DNA of 36,428 bases. Origin: Nemertoderma westbladi. Lineage: Eukaryota > Animalia > Xenacoelomorpha. The stretch spans positions 1 through 36,428 of the forward strand of contig JAUCBJ010002378.1 of assembly GCA_032718475.1 (NCBI GenBank), read 5' to 3'. The notes below the pieces were generated by a model. That model was given only the letters and a program-made list of their open reading frames with translations, did not search any database and was not told the DNA's origin. Each line of letters starts with the position of its first letter. Position 1 is the first letter of the stretch. Positions 11,751-24,598 of this stretch are shown here, piece after piece. Both the position numbers and the translations under genes were made by a program.

Positions 11751-14490
11751 CTATAAAATATAACAAATCACAGTTTCTAAAATATAAAAATACTCTAAAC
11801 AGTTAGCCTTTCTTACGCAGACGGCGTTTACGCAGTTTTTTGAGGCTAGCAAGAGTCCTTTTCTCTTTGGGGGGAGCCACTTTACTAGGAGGGCCATAAC
11901 TCCTGGGTGAAGGGTGCAATATGATTGCATCAGAAGGTGTAGGATTATGGTCGAGGCATCCGCCGTTTCGATATGCTTCTCCTCGAGCTGATTTTCCTCC
12001 GCTCGTAGCTGGATACGTTCATCCAAAAACTCTTGCAGAGAATAGGATCGTCCAAGTTCGATAACTTCTTAGAGATTCTGGATTTCCCGATCAAACTGAG
12101 ATATAGTTACTTTGTTTACCGCTTGGACTTGCTAGTGCAATTTACGTTTATCTGAACAAGCGTAAGTTCCTTTTCTGATCTTTGTAGAATAGCGTCTAAC
12201 TCATTTGGTACAACGCTCTCCGCCACTTTGGTGACAGGTTATATCGTGTTAAGCCGGGACGATGGTAAGGGTTAAACGGCGATATTAAATGTCCGCGTCC
12301 CAATCCGGCTAGGTAGGATGGGCTAATATCTAGGAAGCCCACAACCGGGGTGCCACCGACTAATTGTTCAGGTAACACTAGATCTTTGAGTAGTGAGTAC
12401 AGCTCGGGAGGATCCGTCATACTAATAGGATCAAGAGTCTGAGGTCTCACTAGGGAATGAGGAGGTCTGATCGAGTATTCCGAAACTCTGATCATTGGTT
12501 TATTTAAGGATCGTCTGAGTCGAACGAGCGTAGGTGATACGTCAAACAAATTTCGCTCGAAACTCCCGCCAGTATAGCGAGTAAAACCGTGTTTAGTGCA
12601 ACGTCTCCGCGGATGTTTAGGTCTTTCCGTTTGTTGGTTGGGTCTAGGGCATTCCTCGCAATAATACCAAAGACGCACGTCTTGTAGGGGAAACGCGAGT
12701 GATCTTTCTCCAGCTTACAATATTCCTCCATCTGTTCGAAGCTATCCTGTACAACAGGTAGCGGTCGATCGGTGGTAAGATACATCCTAGTGAATAGAGC
12801 CGTTTGAGTTCTACCCTGCGGTCATGATGTATACCTTGAGGATATCGAGTGTCTAGATTCTGTTGACTAGTAATATCGAGATAGGTTTCTCTCAAGAATT
12901 CCCAGTATTTGGTGAAGTCGCTGCGTTTATCCGGCTCTTCAACATCTGCATTTTCGAGTCGGTTTCGAATAGAATTTTCGTGTTCGAGTCTCAGTTTATC
13001 GTTCCGCTTCCGCTGGGTATGATATTTAAATAAAACCATTTCCCTTTTGGTGTCTATCGTTCGTATTGTGTAGGTCGATAGGATGACCAGTAGTTAAGAA
13101 GTCCATATACGTACCATTACGATGCGTATAGCGAGCGGTGAATTTTCTATAGTCCAATTCACGCGTAAGTTGTTCCCGGGACATTGGCGGTTAGATATAA
13201 CGACCATCGGGGTAAATCTTTTCGACCTACGCGTAGGCCTACGCGTAGCTACGCGTAGCTACGCGTAGCTACGCGTAGTTCGCAACATTGGGTCATATAT
13301 CACCAGTTTCAGAGTTTTAACAATAACTACGCGTAGGTGCTACGCGTAGCTACGCGTAGGTCCTACGCGACCTACGCATAGGTGCTACCCATAACTATGC
13401 CTATACGTCGTTTATCATTAGTAGGCTTACGTATTCCAAGCGAGTCAGTACTAAAATAAGACACAATACGGTATGTTCAATAAACAACCCACAACCATCA
13501 AATGCTTTCAACAGTAATGTATCCTATACCTGTATACTCTATATAGAGGAATACGCGAAAACTACATATTCTTCACTTCATGCGTTGCGGGCGGTAAAAT
13601 GTGTTAATAATTAATGTTTAGAGTTCAAAAATAGTTTCCAAAGGAAATAGGCCGATGGTTCTTATCGATTCTCTATGCTTTTTATTGCCTTTGTTCACGA
13701 TAGGGCAAGGATATACTGTATTTAATATGTTAACCCCTTGACAAGGGAAGGGGGAGACTAAATTGTCTACCATGATTGGTTGCACTTGTCATTTGACCAA
13801 ACAATTTGATTATATGCAGTATTTATCAGCTTTCGCTTAACCTCTTCACCGGTAGACTGGTCGCTTTATTTACTACTATTCAATATTTAAATAATCCAAT
13901 GGAAACAAAGATACTTGAATCATGAGACGTGAATTTTAAGTTTACTTTTTATTCATCCTCTGTGTTTGTATATGAAAGAGCCGAATATTATTTATTACCA
14001 GTGCTGTATGTAGAGATATGAGTTTCCGATTCTGTTATTACATTTGTCTGATAATCAGATACCTGACATATACCGATACTTGCCTAACAACTCAACCCTA
14101 CCGGACCTGAAATGAAAAATCATTGTTATCAGGACTGCTACGCGTAGCACCTACGCGTAGCTACGCGTAGCACCTACGCGTAGTTTCAAAATACCTACGC
14201 GTAGTTCCAAAATAACTACGCGTAGTTTTAAAACACCTACGCGTAGTTGTTAAAAAGGCAGTAAGTCTGGCCCTACCGGTAAATGACAGGAATGGAAGTT
14301 ACAAACTACGCGTAGCTACGCGTAGCTACGCGTAGGCCTACGCGTAGGTCGAAAAGATTTACCCCGACCATCGTCCTCCGTAGTAGTTGGACCAGCGTCG
14401 CCGCGTATCAAGCTATCAACAAACGCTTGCAAAGGTAGAGTATATCGCTCCCTGATACCAAGATCATCTTCTATCAACTCAATCATATCT
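11751..14490 (-). pseudogene. Decayed accessory ORF(s) of unknown function between BEL pol and the 3' LTR, interrupted by a MITE
   Basis: Chain of overlapping minus-strand ORFs (12644-13039, 12504-12785, 12196-12678, 11751-12026), plus open stretches at about 13030-13185 and 14370-14490. No family recognised. Confidence 0.6.
13210..14364. mobile_element. Mutator/MULE-type MITE with TIRs built from palindromic decamers
   Basis: Perfect TIR of about 59 bp (GGGTAAATCTTTTCGACCTACGCGTAGG...) and perfect 9-bp TSD CGACCATCG (13201-13209 and 14365-14373). No coding capacity. Confidence 0.9.
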
Positions 14491-15316
14491 GCTACATAAG
14501 TTTATCCATATTATAATGAGTTTATATTTAGGCGAGCGGGCGTCGCTGCCTACCCCTCTCTGCCCCCGGACAGTGCAAGATCCTCAGCGCAGATGTACCG
14601 TCGTCGCTGTGCTTTCGCCAATGATGTAGCTACACAACGACAACGATAACTGGCACAAGTCACTCCACTGTCCGTCCCAAAGGCTTAGATGTACTTCAGG
14701 TTCTTACTGGAGAGTTAGGGTTACTTTCACAATTGCGACTCGCTACTGTAAACACACCTTAGTAGTAACATTCACCTACAAACGCACAAATTCCACGTAA
14801 CTGTCACAAATGGTACACATTCTATCACACATTCGGGTCATTTGTCAGTTAGTCAGTGCCTTCCAGAATGTCACGTTGTTATTATGTATCCTTGGATACT
14901 AGCAGTGTGCTATTTATTCCGTATGCTATTCAATGAGCAAGCCTTTTATTGTTCTTTTAACTCACTTCTAATTCTAGCGTGGTTGTTGCCATGGTGACAT
15001 TATGGAAAGCTAGCGGTAGAATTAGGGTAATTCTCATGCATACAGCTCTGGGATGCTATTTAATAGTAATTCTTTAATTGTCAATATCCTCTCTATATAT
15101 GATTTTATGAATTTTATCGGCTATTGACTATATATTGGAGATTCTCGCACACTGATACACTTAATAGAGTGAATCTCCGCTCCTATGATCTATTAATTAA
15201 TGGAATTTTGGGAATGTTATAAATTGTATAAAATGACAATTTATTAAATTCATTGAAATATATGAATTTAAATTTATTCCCGTAAATTTTATTATTTAAT
15301 GTTAAATAGATGTAAT

Positions 15317-15610
15317 TTTATTCCAGAACGTGTCTGGGGACTGGGATCCTAGATTCTAGGAATTTGTCTTTTTAAGAATATCGGTAAGTGCTACGATATC
15401 TTAATCGACTAGAATGTTAAAGGATCTAAAATTTGACAGATTTTGTAAATATTAATAATTAATATTTAGGATGGGCACCAGTTTATTCCAGAACTTGTCT
15501 GGGGACGTTAACCACTGATTCTAGAATTTTGTCTTTCAAGTATATCGGTGGGTGCCGCGATATCTTAATCGACTAGAATTGCAGATGGTCAAAGGGTTTA
15601 ACAGATTTAT
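15317..15610. repeat. Diverged ~165-bp tandem duplication with long hairpins in the BEL 3' non-coding region
   Basis: TTATTCCAGAAC.TGTCTGGGGAC ... GATATCTTAATCGACTAGAAT at 15317-15415 and 15482-15579. Confidence 0.85.
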
Positions 15611-16157
15611 TTTGCGTTTTACGCTACTGTTAAAGGGACATCACGCTACTATATGTATTATTTAATATACGGTATGAGAACAATATCACACGAAGCAATG
15701 TCAGTGTGAAGAGGCAAGTCGTTTCCAAGGTCTACCCAGAGCTTGGTTTAGCCGAGACACGAGGATCTGAACTTTGCATTCCTAATACTCTGCCTACCAA
15801 TAATACTTGAATATAGTAGTGGCTTTATTGTACTTTAATAAGTACGGACATTTCATCTTACTGTAGTTACGTATTCGTAATGTAATACGGGCAGCAAGGA
15901 AAGAGAAAAAGAATTGTTTCTCGCCGTCGCACTAAATATATAATATAAGTAATTACGTAATAAACGCGAATATATTGCACTAATCTACTAAATAATCGCT
16001 AAAATAACATGCTACTAAATAAAATTAAATAAAACGATTATAATAAAATTACATAATAATACATACATAAATATAAAATAATATGAATATAAAATAATAT
16101 GGTCACACACCCACTCCATATGCTACTAAGCTGGGGAGTCCCTAGATGTTGGTTGGA

Positions 16158-19100
16158 TTAGGGAGGTGGTCGTGGGAAGAGTATCTTGCCTCCCATAGTT
16201 TCCGGAGAGTTCTCTGTCTCTTCCAGTAAACATAAGCGACCAACTGGGCGATTGAGCTGATGCGTCTCGAAGACAATTCCCGGTTTCTTGAAGTTACGTC
16301 GCATGACGACGAGTTCTACCGATCGCACCAAACCGTCATCCGAGATGTGAGTCTCGATGATACGACCTGTCTGCCACCGCTTACGTGGAAGATCTACATC
16401 CACAATAAGAACCATGTCTCCAGCGCTGACGTTTTCTTGCTGCGCAAACCACTTAGTTCGAAGTTGTAGCGTGGGCAGATAATGTTTTTCGAAATGGTCA
16501 GTGAAACGACGGGATAACAACTGCATGAGTTGCCAAGTTTGCCGGCAGTATTCGTCTCCGTCTGTGATTTCCGATTGTGGGAGCATGGCTACAGGTTTCT
16601 TTAGTAGGAAATGCGCGGGTGTTAGCGCTTCCAGGGAATCGGGACTCGATGAGACTGGCATAAGTGGTCTCTCGTTGAGATAGGTGGCGATTTCCTCCAT
16701 TAACGTCCGCAAAAGTTCGTCGGTGAGATACGCGCGGCACGGCACTATAAAGTGAAATGCGGTCTTCACACTTCTTATTAATCTCTCCCAACTTCCTTCC
16801 CACCAAGGGGCGTCGGCGGCGTTGAAGGTCCAGCTAGACGCTGTTACTCATAGCTGATCGTCCACCTCCAATCTTTGACGTAAGCTTTGATTTCATTGTT
16901 GGCACCAATAAAGTTTGTTCCCTTATCAGATCTCATCGTGTTACTAGTGCCAAAGCGAGCGATCTGTCGTCGTAAGCTTAATAGAAAGCTGTTGGTAGAT
17001 AAATCGTTCACCATGTCGAGATGGATAGCTCTACAAGTCATACAAACAAAGATGACACACCATCTCTTAACTATAGTCCTAGCACGATATACTTCAATGG
17101 GACCAAATAAATCCACACCGGTATTAGTAAAGGGTGGCTCATAGAAGCTTACTCGTTCCCTAGGTAATTCTGCCTCTCGCTGTGTTAAAGGCCTACTGAA
17201 TGCTTTCCTACAGGGTATGCAGTTCCTAAGAACTTGGTTCAGAGCTCTACGGGGTTTATAAAAATAATAGCGAGTTCGAATTTCGCTAAGAACTCGTTCC
17301 CTACCAGCATGATAAAGTTTGCTGTGAACGTCTACAATCATCTTGACTTGTATTTCAAGATTTCTAATGAGTATGGGAAACTTAGTGTCAAAGGATAGTG
17401 GAGCATTCGTTAATCTTCCTCCAACACGTATCAACCCATCTATCATTGTGCTAGAGAAACGATCCCTTAAGCGCATCTGTGGATTTCTCAACAACAGGAA
17501 ATACTTATCGGAATCCTCATAGCATTGCAGGAGTCTCAGCATCTGCTTGTTGGTTTCTTCATGCTCCTGATAACTGATCTTCTCCATCAGAAACCTGTCG
17601 GGTATCTTATATTTGGGAAGATCTTTAATAACATGGACCTGCACTGATGTTATTGGAGCGGTATCACCTTTGGCCTTCATCCCGGAGTATTGATGGTGAA
17701 AACATCTCTTTAAATATGTAACGGCCTTACAGAGCCGATTCCAGGAACTGTAGTGATGTATCGCTCTCTGCAGAAGAGGTGAGAGTCCTTGCGAGACGTC
17801 TGGTATTCCAGATTTCCAATCCTTCTCACGGATTTCCACAACAAGTTTATTTGTGGCTGTGGGTTTCTGATCCAAAGCGTCGTCTCCGGAAATATGTAGT
17901 ACAGACAGATCTACCATGGGTTTGAATAACTTCGATTTACTCGCCCGAGTTTTAGGTTTGACTTTCTCCGCTCCATTGGCCTGTCTAATCTCTGCTGTAG
18001 TAAGATGAGGAGGCCATTCTTCTTCTTCTTTGTAGAGGAAGTCGGGTCCACCTAACCAGTCTGGAGTGTCTACCAGTTCTTGTGGAGTTGCTCCCCTGGA
18101 GGCGATGTCTGCTGGATTAATCGTTCCGGGGCAATGTCTCCATTGCTCCATCGTTGTGCGACTGAGTATAATGGCTACTCTGTTGGTAACGAAGACGCTG
18201 AACTGACAGACTTCATTGGTTATATACTCCAACACGAGTAAAGCGTCGGTCCAATAGACAGTTTTCTCCAGTGGATAGTCGATCTGTTCTGTTACATTCC
18301 GGCCGATGGCTGTAGCGTATAGAGCCGCTTTTAACTCCGCTCGAGGAACTTTCAACTTATTGTTTATCAATGCCTTAGAAGTAACCAAGCCGACTTTGAT
18401 TCCGTCCGGAGTTTCCACCCTTAGGTAGGCTACTATACCTATTCCCATATCGCTGGCGTCTCCAAACACATGGAGTTGATAGGAATACGTAGGGAGAACA
18501 TGACCAAAATATGAACGGGAAATTATAAAGTTCTCGAGGGCTGGTAGAGAATCTTCCCATTTCATCCACTTCTTTAATAATTCTCCCTTAAGTGGATCGT
18601 CCCATGAGTGGTTTTCAAGCCACATTTGTTGTACTAAACTCCGAGCAATCAATATAACTGGGCTAATAATTCCCAATGGATCGAAATAAGTGCTCAGGAT
18701 ACTTAAACAAATCCGTTTAGTCCGAACTGGATTATCTCGCTGTTTTAGTTGGAAAAACAGGATATCTCTTTCGGTGTCCCATTTCAAACCAAGGGTCTTA
18801 GTTTCTGGGAGATCATCTTTTATTAGATCCAGGTCTTTTGCTCCTCGATCTTCTACCGGGATCGACTCCAGAAACTCACGGGAGTTGCTGGTGAATTTAG
18901 TTAATCGAAATCCACCTCTTTTTAAGCACTCTACCGTTCCTTTAGCGACATCAATGGCTTCTTCGACTGATGGAAGGGACTTTAGATTGTCGTCCATGTA
19001 TATATCTCTCTTGATGTTGTCAATCACCTCTTTAGAGAAGGCGTCTCGGTTGTCATCCGCAGTGGTGCGCACTACGGAACAGGCGTTTGAAGGGCTCGAG

Positions 19101-22100
19101 ATTATCCCAAAAGCCTGGATGGTCATCCAGTACTCCACCGGTTTCTGGTTGAGGTCTCCTTCAGGCCACCACAGAAATCGTAGGCTGTCTCGATCCCTAT
19201 CCAGCGCCTTTACTTGTAAGAACATGCCTTCTATATCTGAGGCGAAAGCAATTGAATATTGTCTTAATCTTAAAAGTATTCCCAACAAGGATTGGAGTAA
19301 GTTGGGTCCGGGTAACAATTCAGAATTAAGGGATTGGCCCATATAGAGGGCGGAGCCGTCAAACACCACTCGTACTTCATGGGGTTTACCGGGTTTGGGA
19401 ACATAATGGTGAGTTAAATAATACGTTCTCTCAGTTATAGGTGTTTTTTCCGGTACTAGCTCCGCATATCCCTTGCTAATAAATTTCTTCAACTGCGTTT
19501 GATACATTTCTTTAGCTGAAGAATTTGCCGTAAGGCGTCGATGTAGTTGAGCAATTCTTTTCTCCGCCAAGGGTCTGTTGTTTACAAACTTTGGTTCTCG
19601 CTTTCGGAAAGGTAGACCGATCTCATATCTACCTTGATCTTTAAGAAAATGTGTAGTTGTCTCTTGGATCTGCTTGGCTCTTTCTTCCTCTACCGATAGG
19701 GCCTTATCGTAGGAATTGGGCTCTACAGCCTCTTGAGTAAAGAATCGTACGGCATGTTCATCCCGAGTCTTGGCATTATATCGTTCAATGACATCATTAA
19801 GTTCGTCGTTATAGTCGTCTCGTTCTGATGGAAGAAGGAGCTGACATAAGTTCACTTGGTTTTGCCAAGTCTCGTTTTCCTTAAGGAGATCGATGGTATT
19901 CTCCTCATCGAAAAGTTGGTGGACATCGTCATTATCTGAGGAGTATGGTGTTCCCTCAGTTAGATCATCTAACTCACTGCCCTCGATTTCCCATTCTCTC
20001 ACTTGACATACCTGGTCTTTCGGTAATCTTTCCATGAGAGTTCTACGGGAAGGGCCAGTAAAGTACCAACCCACTCTAGTTCTTCCCGCATAAGCTTGTA
20101 GTGGTTGCAGTTTAGCGGGCCGTTTCTCCAATGTCTCGAGCGCTTCATGCGCGTTTTGACCGATGAGTATTTGCACTCCAGGGTAATCGGTGTTGAATCT
20201 AGGTATTTCTAGCTGCTGGGTGAAATCGTCCTCATCCCAGTTATAAGGTTCCACTTGGGTGTTAGCGAAGTTCTTTATCGCCACCATTTTTACTGACCTT
20301 ATACTATGTTCTCCTAGTTCATCCTGGGGGGTGGACAACGCACCTACATAATAATCCGCTATTACGGTAGATTTCCAAACCTGCATAATTCCTGAAATGT
20401 TTAGCTTAGTTCGGAACTTGGGTTGTCCAGCAAAGATGTCTTCGGCTAGTTCTTTGTCGATGAATGTTCCTGTACTACCGGAGTCAAGGAGGGCGTTCAC
20501 TACATAACTCCTTTTAGGTCCGTGGACCCTTACCTGTACTACAGGAAATTCTCGGATTCCTACATTGGAAGGTGGTGCTTTCCAAGATGGTTGTCGATCA
20601 GAAGTAGTTAGGGTGAGGTCGCTGTCTGTGTCTTTTTCATACGTAAGTGCTCGATACACTGCGGTATTTATCATGTAACAGGATTCACCTTCGTCGGAGA
20701 ATTCGTCTGTATAGAATCCTTCCATCTCAGAGCTTTGGTCAGTGTCGTTCATATCACTGAATTGGACATGTAGTTCGGAATCACTTACCTGACTCTGGCT
20801 GTTTCGCTCAAATTCAGTGTGCAACAAGATATGATGCTTCGCACCGCACTTTGCACACCTTGTGTCGGAGTAACAGGTGCGCCGTTGGTGTCCTTGTCTG
20901 AGGCAATTATAACACAACCGCTTATCCTACATGACTTCTCGTCTCTCCGCTAATGATTTCTTCAGGAATTCATCACACGTATTCAAACGGTGGGTCCCAT
21001 CACATAGCGCACATTTCGGTTTGATGTTACTTACCTTATTTTGAATAACAGTGTGCACACTCGTTCTTTCTTCGGGCTTTCTCACCTGAATTCTCTTGGG
21101 AGACGTAGGAGGAGTTTTTCTTACCTGTTCTCTCCTGTCATTGGTTCGAGACTTGAATTTACTTACCTGGTCTTTAGGCGTTTTATTGACATAATAAGAT
21201 CTTTCAGTGTCTTTCCCGCTATCCTCTCCTTGAGAAGTCTGGCTTTCGCCGTCGTCTGTATAACACACTGGTGTTACCTTTCTCCTAGAGACGGGTTTCT
21301 CACTTACCTTATTTTCCGGTGTCTTCTCTCTGGACTGCTTTATGAGCTGTAATTTCACTTCGCCATCCAAGAATGACATGAGATCAGCCATGGTAGGGTC
21401 TCGTTGTTGTTGTTCCATCATATATAACACTTTCTTGTCCCAGCGTGTACCTACTCCACCCTTCGGTAAAGTAGAAGCCACTGCTCTAATAACCATAGCA
21501 CTCTGATACTCATGAGACTTACCTAGCCAATCTAATTGTCTGCAGATCTCCTGAATCTCATCGGAAAACTCTATAATCCCGCTGCTAATAAACTTTCGGG
21601 GCGCTACCAACTTTGCATACAAATACCCAGCTATGTTATTCCTATTACCATACCTGATGTTTAGTGTATCCCAAACTTGTCTTAATCCGTCTGGATGTCC
21701 AATAAACTTTAACGCCATTAACTTGGGAGATCCTTCCAAGCACTCGATGAGGAATCTAAGTTTCTCTCCATTAGATAGCACAGAGTTCTGTATGTTATCT
21801 TTGTAATATTCATTAAAAGGTAACCATTTCATCTCATCTCCATTGAACTTGACTATCTCTCCCACCTTTACCGCTTGGCGGGCTTCGGTTCTAGCCATTT
21901 GACGCGTAAAACTTTCTTGGGCCATCGTGTTATTTAATATCGAGTTATCGGTATATAAATTTCTCGGTTTATGATCAGGTCTATAGAGAATATCACTATC
22001 AACAGGTCTATAATTACCCTTAATAGGGTTTACTATAGGAGTTTCTACTTCGCTAGCAGTATAGATGCGTGTAGGCTCCACACCTTGCACATGAGATACT

Positions 22101-24213
22101 TCAGACCTAACGGGTTGACATATTGTTACAGGGGGTGGTGATATACCCTTTTGTGTATTTACTAATTTATCGCATTCTAGAGCGATACTTTGCTGCACTT
22201 CTTGCAACTCTAACCTACTTTCCCTTACTGTGCCCTTGAATTGCTGAACAGTCTCCTGCATCTGCCCGAGCAGGAGATCCATCCCCCGTCGTCCCTCATC
22301 CACCCACTCGACCGCCGAAGCGGGAGCCGCCAACGTTGTAGCGGGCCGACGAGGGACAACGGGCGACAAATCATTAATATTTCGCTCGGAGTCCAGGACA
22401 TGAACATTTTCAAGGGTGGTTCTGTGTGGCACAGATAGCTTAGTGCTGTGCAGAGGGAATTTAGAGGTAGGTTCAGGGAGTACAGGTGTGTCTACCACCG
22501 AAAGGGTGGCTTCGGGAACAGGCCTAATTATTTCAGGCTCATCTACTATAGTAGGGAGTCTTTATATTTTAATTATTGGGTCTGTGGGTTCTGTACTACC
22601 TAAGTTTGTGTTATTTAGTTGCCTTCTAACAGCTGGAGGCAAATCAGGCAATTTCTGACGGTGGGATGTTCTTCTACGTCTGCTTAGACGAGACCTATTT
22701 CCTTTGCCTTCAGTATCGGTGGTATCGCCTTCCTCAGATGATGTATATCCCTGTCTTTTGGGAGTAGATCGATTCATCATCTGCATATTACTAGCTGTTA
22801 ACTGTTTATTTATGCAGTCTTGATTCTCCTGAATGTTTTCCAATTCTAATTGGGTGGTTTCTTCAGCCGCTCTCCGTTCTGCTTCTGCCACTGCCTCTGC
22901 CGCTTTTCTTTCCGCTTCTGCCGCTGCCGCTTTTCTTTCCGCCTCGGCCGCTGCCACTGCCGCCTTTCTTTCCGCCTCTGCCACTGCCGCTTTTCTTTCT
23001 ACTTCTGCAGCTGCCACTGTTGCTGCCACTGCCGCTGCCTTTCTGTCTTCTATACGTTTTTTCTTTACTTGTTCTTCTTGGACTCTAGCGATGCGGAGTT
23101 GTTCATCAAATTTAGCTTGGTTCGCAGCTCTCATATCCACATCGATGGCGTCCAACACACGCTGGGTTCCTTCACTATTAGGGCTAAGTCCATCTAGCCT
23201 TCTCCTCAACTCTTCATCACCTAAAAAACGTTGATAGTCTGACAGATAGATGTCAATGGCATCCCTCTTATGTGGTTTCTCTGCCGTCGCTTCACTTTCC
23301 ACTTGTGAAAAAGTAGCGTCTGTTGATTCTCCATGGGTTGAGCGCTCATCTAGCTGAGCTTTCCACTGAGCTGTTCCTTGAACCTGGAGACTCACCCGTT
23401 GAAACCAAGTCTTTACGGCAACTTGCAACGACGTGTCTTGTCTTCTTTTAGAAGCCTCCTCAAAGGCCGATAAGATTAGCCTGATTCGTAGAATTCTTTC
23501 TCTAACTGATAAAGCAGCTGTCCCTGCTCTTGAGGTCCTTGGGGTTGTTGAAACAGTTGTTCTTTTAATCGCTCCATGGAGCTGAAGAATCCCTGTGCGT
23601 ATCCTGCTGCGGATCTCTTCCACACAGCTGGATCGATGGTTTCTTTGGTTACTCCCATCCTGTGTATATCTTCCCAGGCAGCTTCTGATAAATCAAACGG
23701 GAGTCCGGGTCCGGGGAAGTTCCATTGCGACTCGACAATAGACTTCAGTTCTTCCCTTGTATATCCCGCATAACTATCTTTAGTCGATCGCTTACTTCTC
23801 GCCCAATCGATCTGGTGTTCTTCCACCGCAATCAATAACCTAGTGAGTACGGCTGCAGGAAGGATGAGAAGGGGATCCGAATAAACCGCATCCGTCATCT
23901 TTGCTCCGCGCTCGGGTGTCAGCTCTACAGTATCCTCACTACTGGAGCTGTCGGGCCGTTGAGAAATAAGTTCTTGGCTCGCGGGTTGTTGTTGTTCCGC
24001 TGCTTCTTGGTCCCGCTTGACCTGAGCTCTAGTGCCTATGATAGACCTACGGTGTTGGACCAGCCTAGGTTCTGATATTACTACTGGGGGAATGATCTTT
24101 CTTACAGTAGGAGGTGAGTTGAACTTCGGTCTTACACATTCCACACTCCTGTCTGGGTCACATGTGGTTGTATCTAGGAGACTGTCTGACAGGTTTTGCT
24201 TTGTGTCAGACAT
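16158..24213 (-). pseudogene. BEL Gag-Pol polyprotein (about 2,680 codons) with a few disablements
   Basis: Three Cys/His knuckles (CALC..H....C, CYNC...H....C, CAKC...HH..LH), PR LLDSGS, RT YMDD, RNase H VFGDAS, IN H..H/CIPC, GVDLFGP, SDKGTNF and WERLI. In-frame stops at 22562 and 20927; frameshifts near 23600 and 16860. Confidence 0.95.
22860..23045 (-). repeat. Coding Ala/Glu/Arg-rich repeat (about 6 x E-x-ERKAA) in the BEL Gag N-terminal extension
   Basis: AEVERKAAVAEAERKAAVAAAEAERKAAAAEAERKAAEAVAEAERRAA in ORF 22562-23623. Confidence 0.85.
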
Positions 24214-24344
24214 GTTGGTTTGTACAGTTGAATGCCTACTGCTATATTACAGTTTAAGCAAGTCTAGTAATTCAGTATCACTGTTAGCCTAGTAATTAAT
24301 TACCGATACTGCTACTCAGTATAGCGTGATATATATATAATATA

Positions 24345-24598
24345 TTAGAATACCGGTATGCTTATAGTATATATAAGTATTATTACAGACTAGGTTTGTC
24401 ACAGAATACCGGTAGGTAATTTCAGCACAAATATATATAAATATATAATAGGCCTATCGTGAATACCGGTATGCAGCTTACACTTATAGTATATATAAGT
24501 ATAATTATGAACTAGAATTAATTACAGAATACCGGTATAATTTCAGCCTAAAATTTATAGAAATAAATATAATAAACCTATGGTAAATACCGGTATGT
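24345..24598. repeat. Array of five regularly spaced AATACCGGTA motifs in the BEL leader
   Basis: TACCGGTA at 24351, 24407, 24464, 24530 and 24588. Confidence 0.85.

Noticed and set aside
18690-19346. 218-aa plus-strand ORF
   Set aside because: It is antisense to the BEL RT domain and has no independent motif.
22833-23234. Plus-strand Ala/Ser-rich and Cys/Arg-rich ORFs
   Set aside because: They are antisense shadows of the ERKAA coding repeat.
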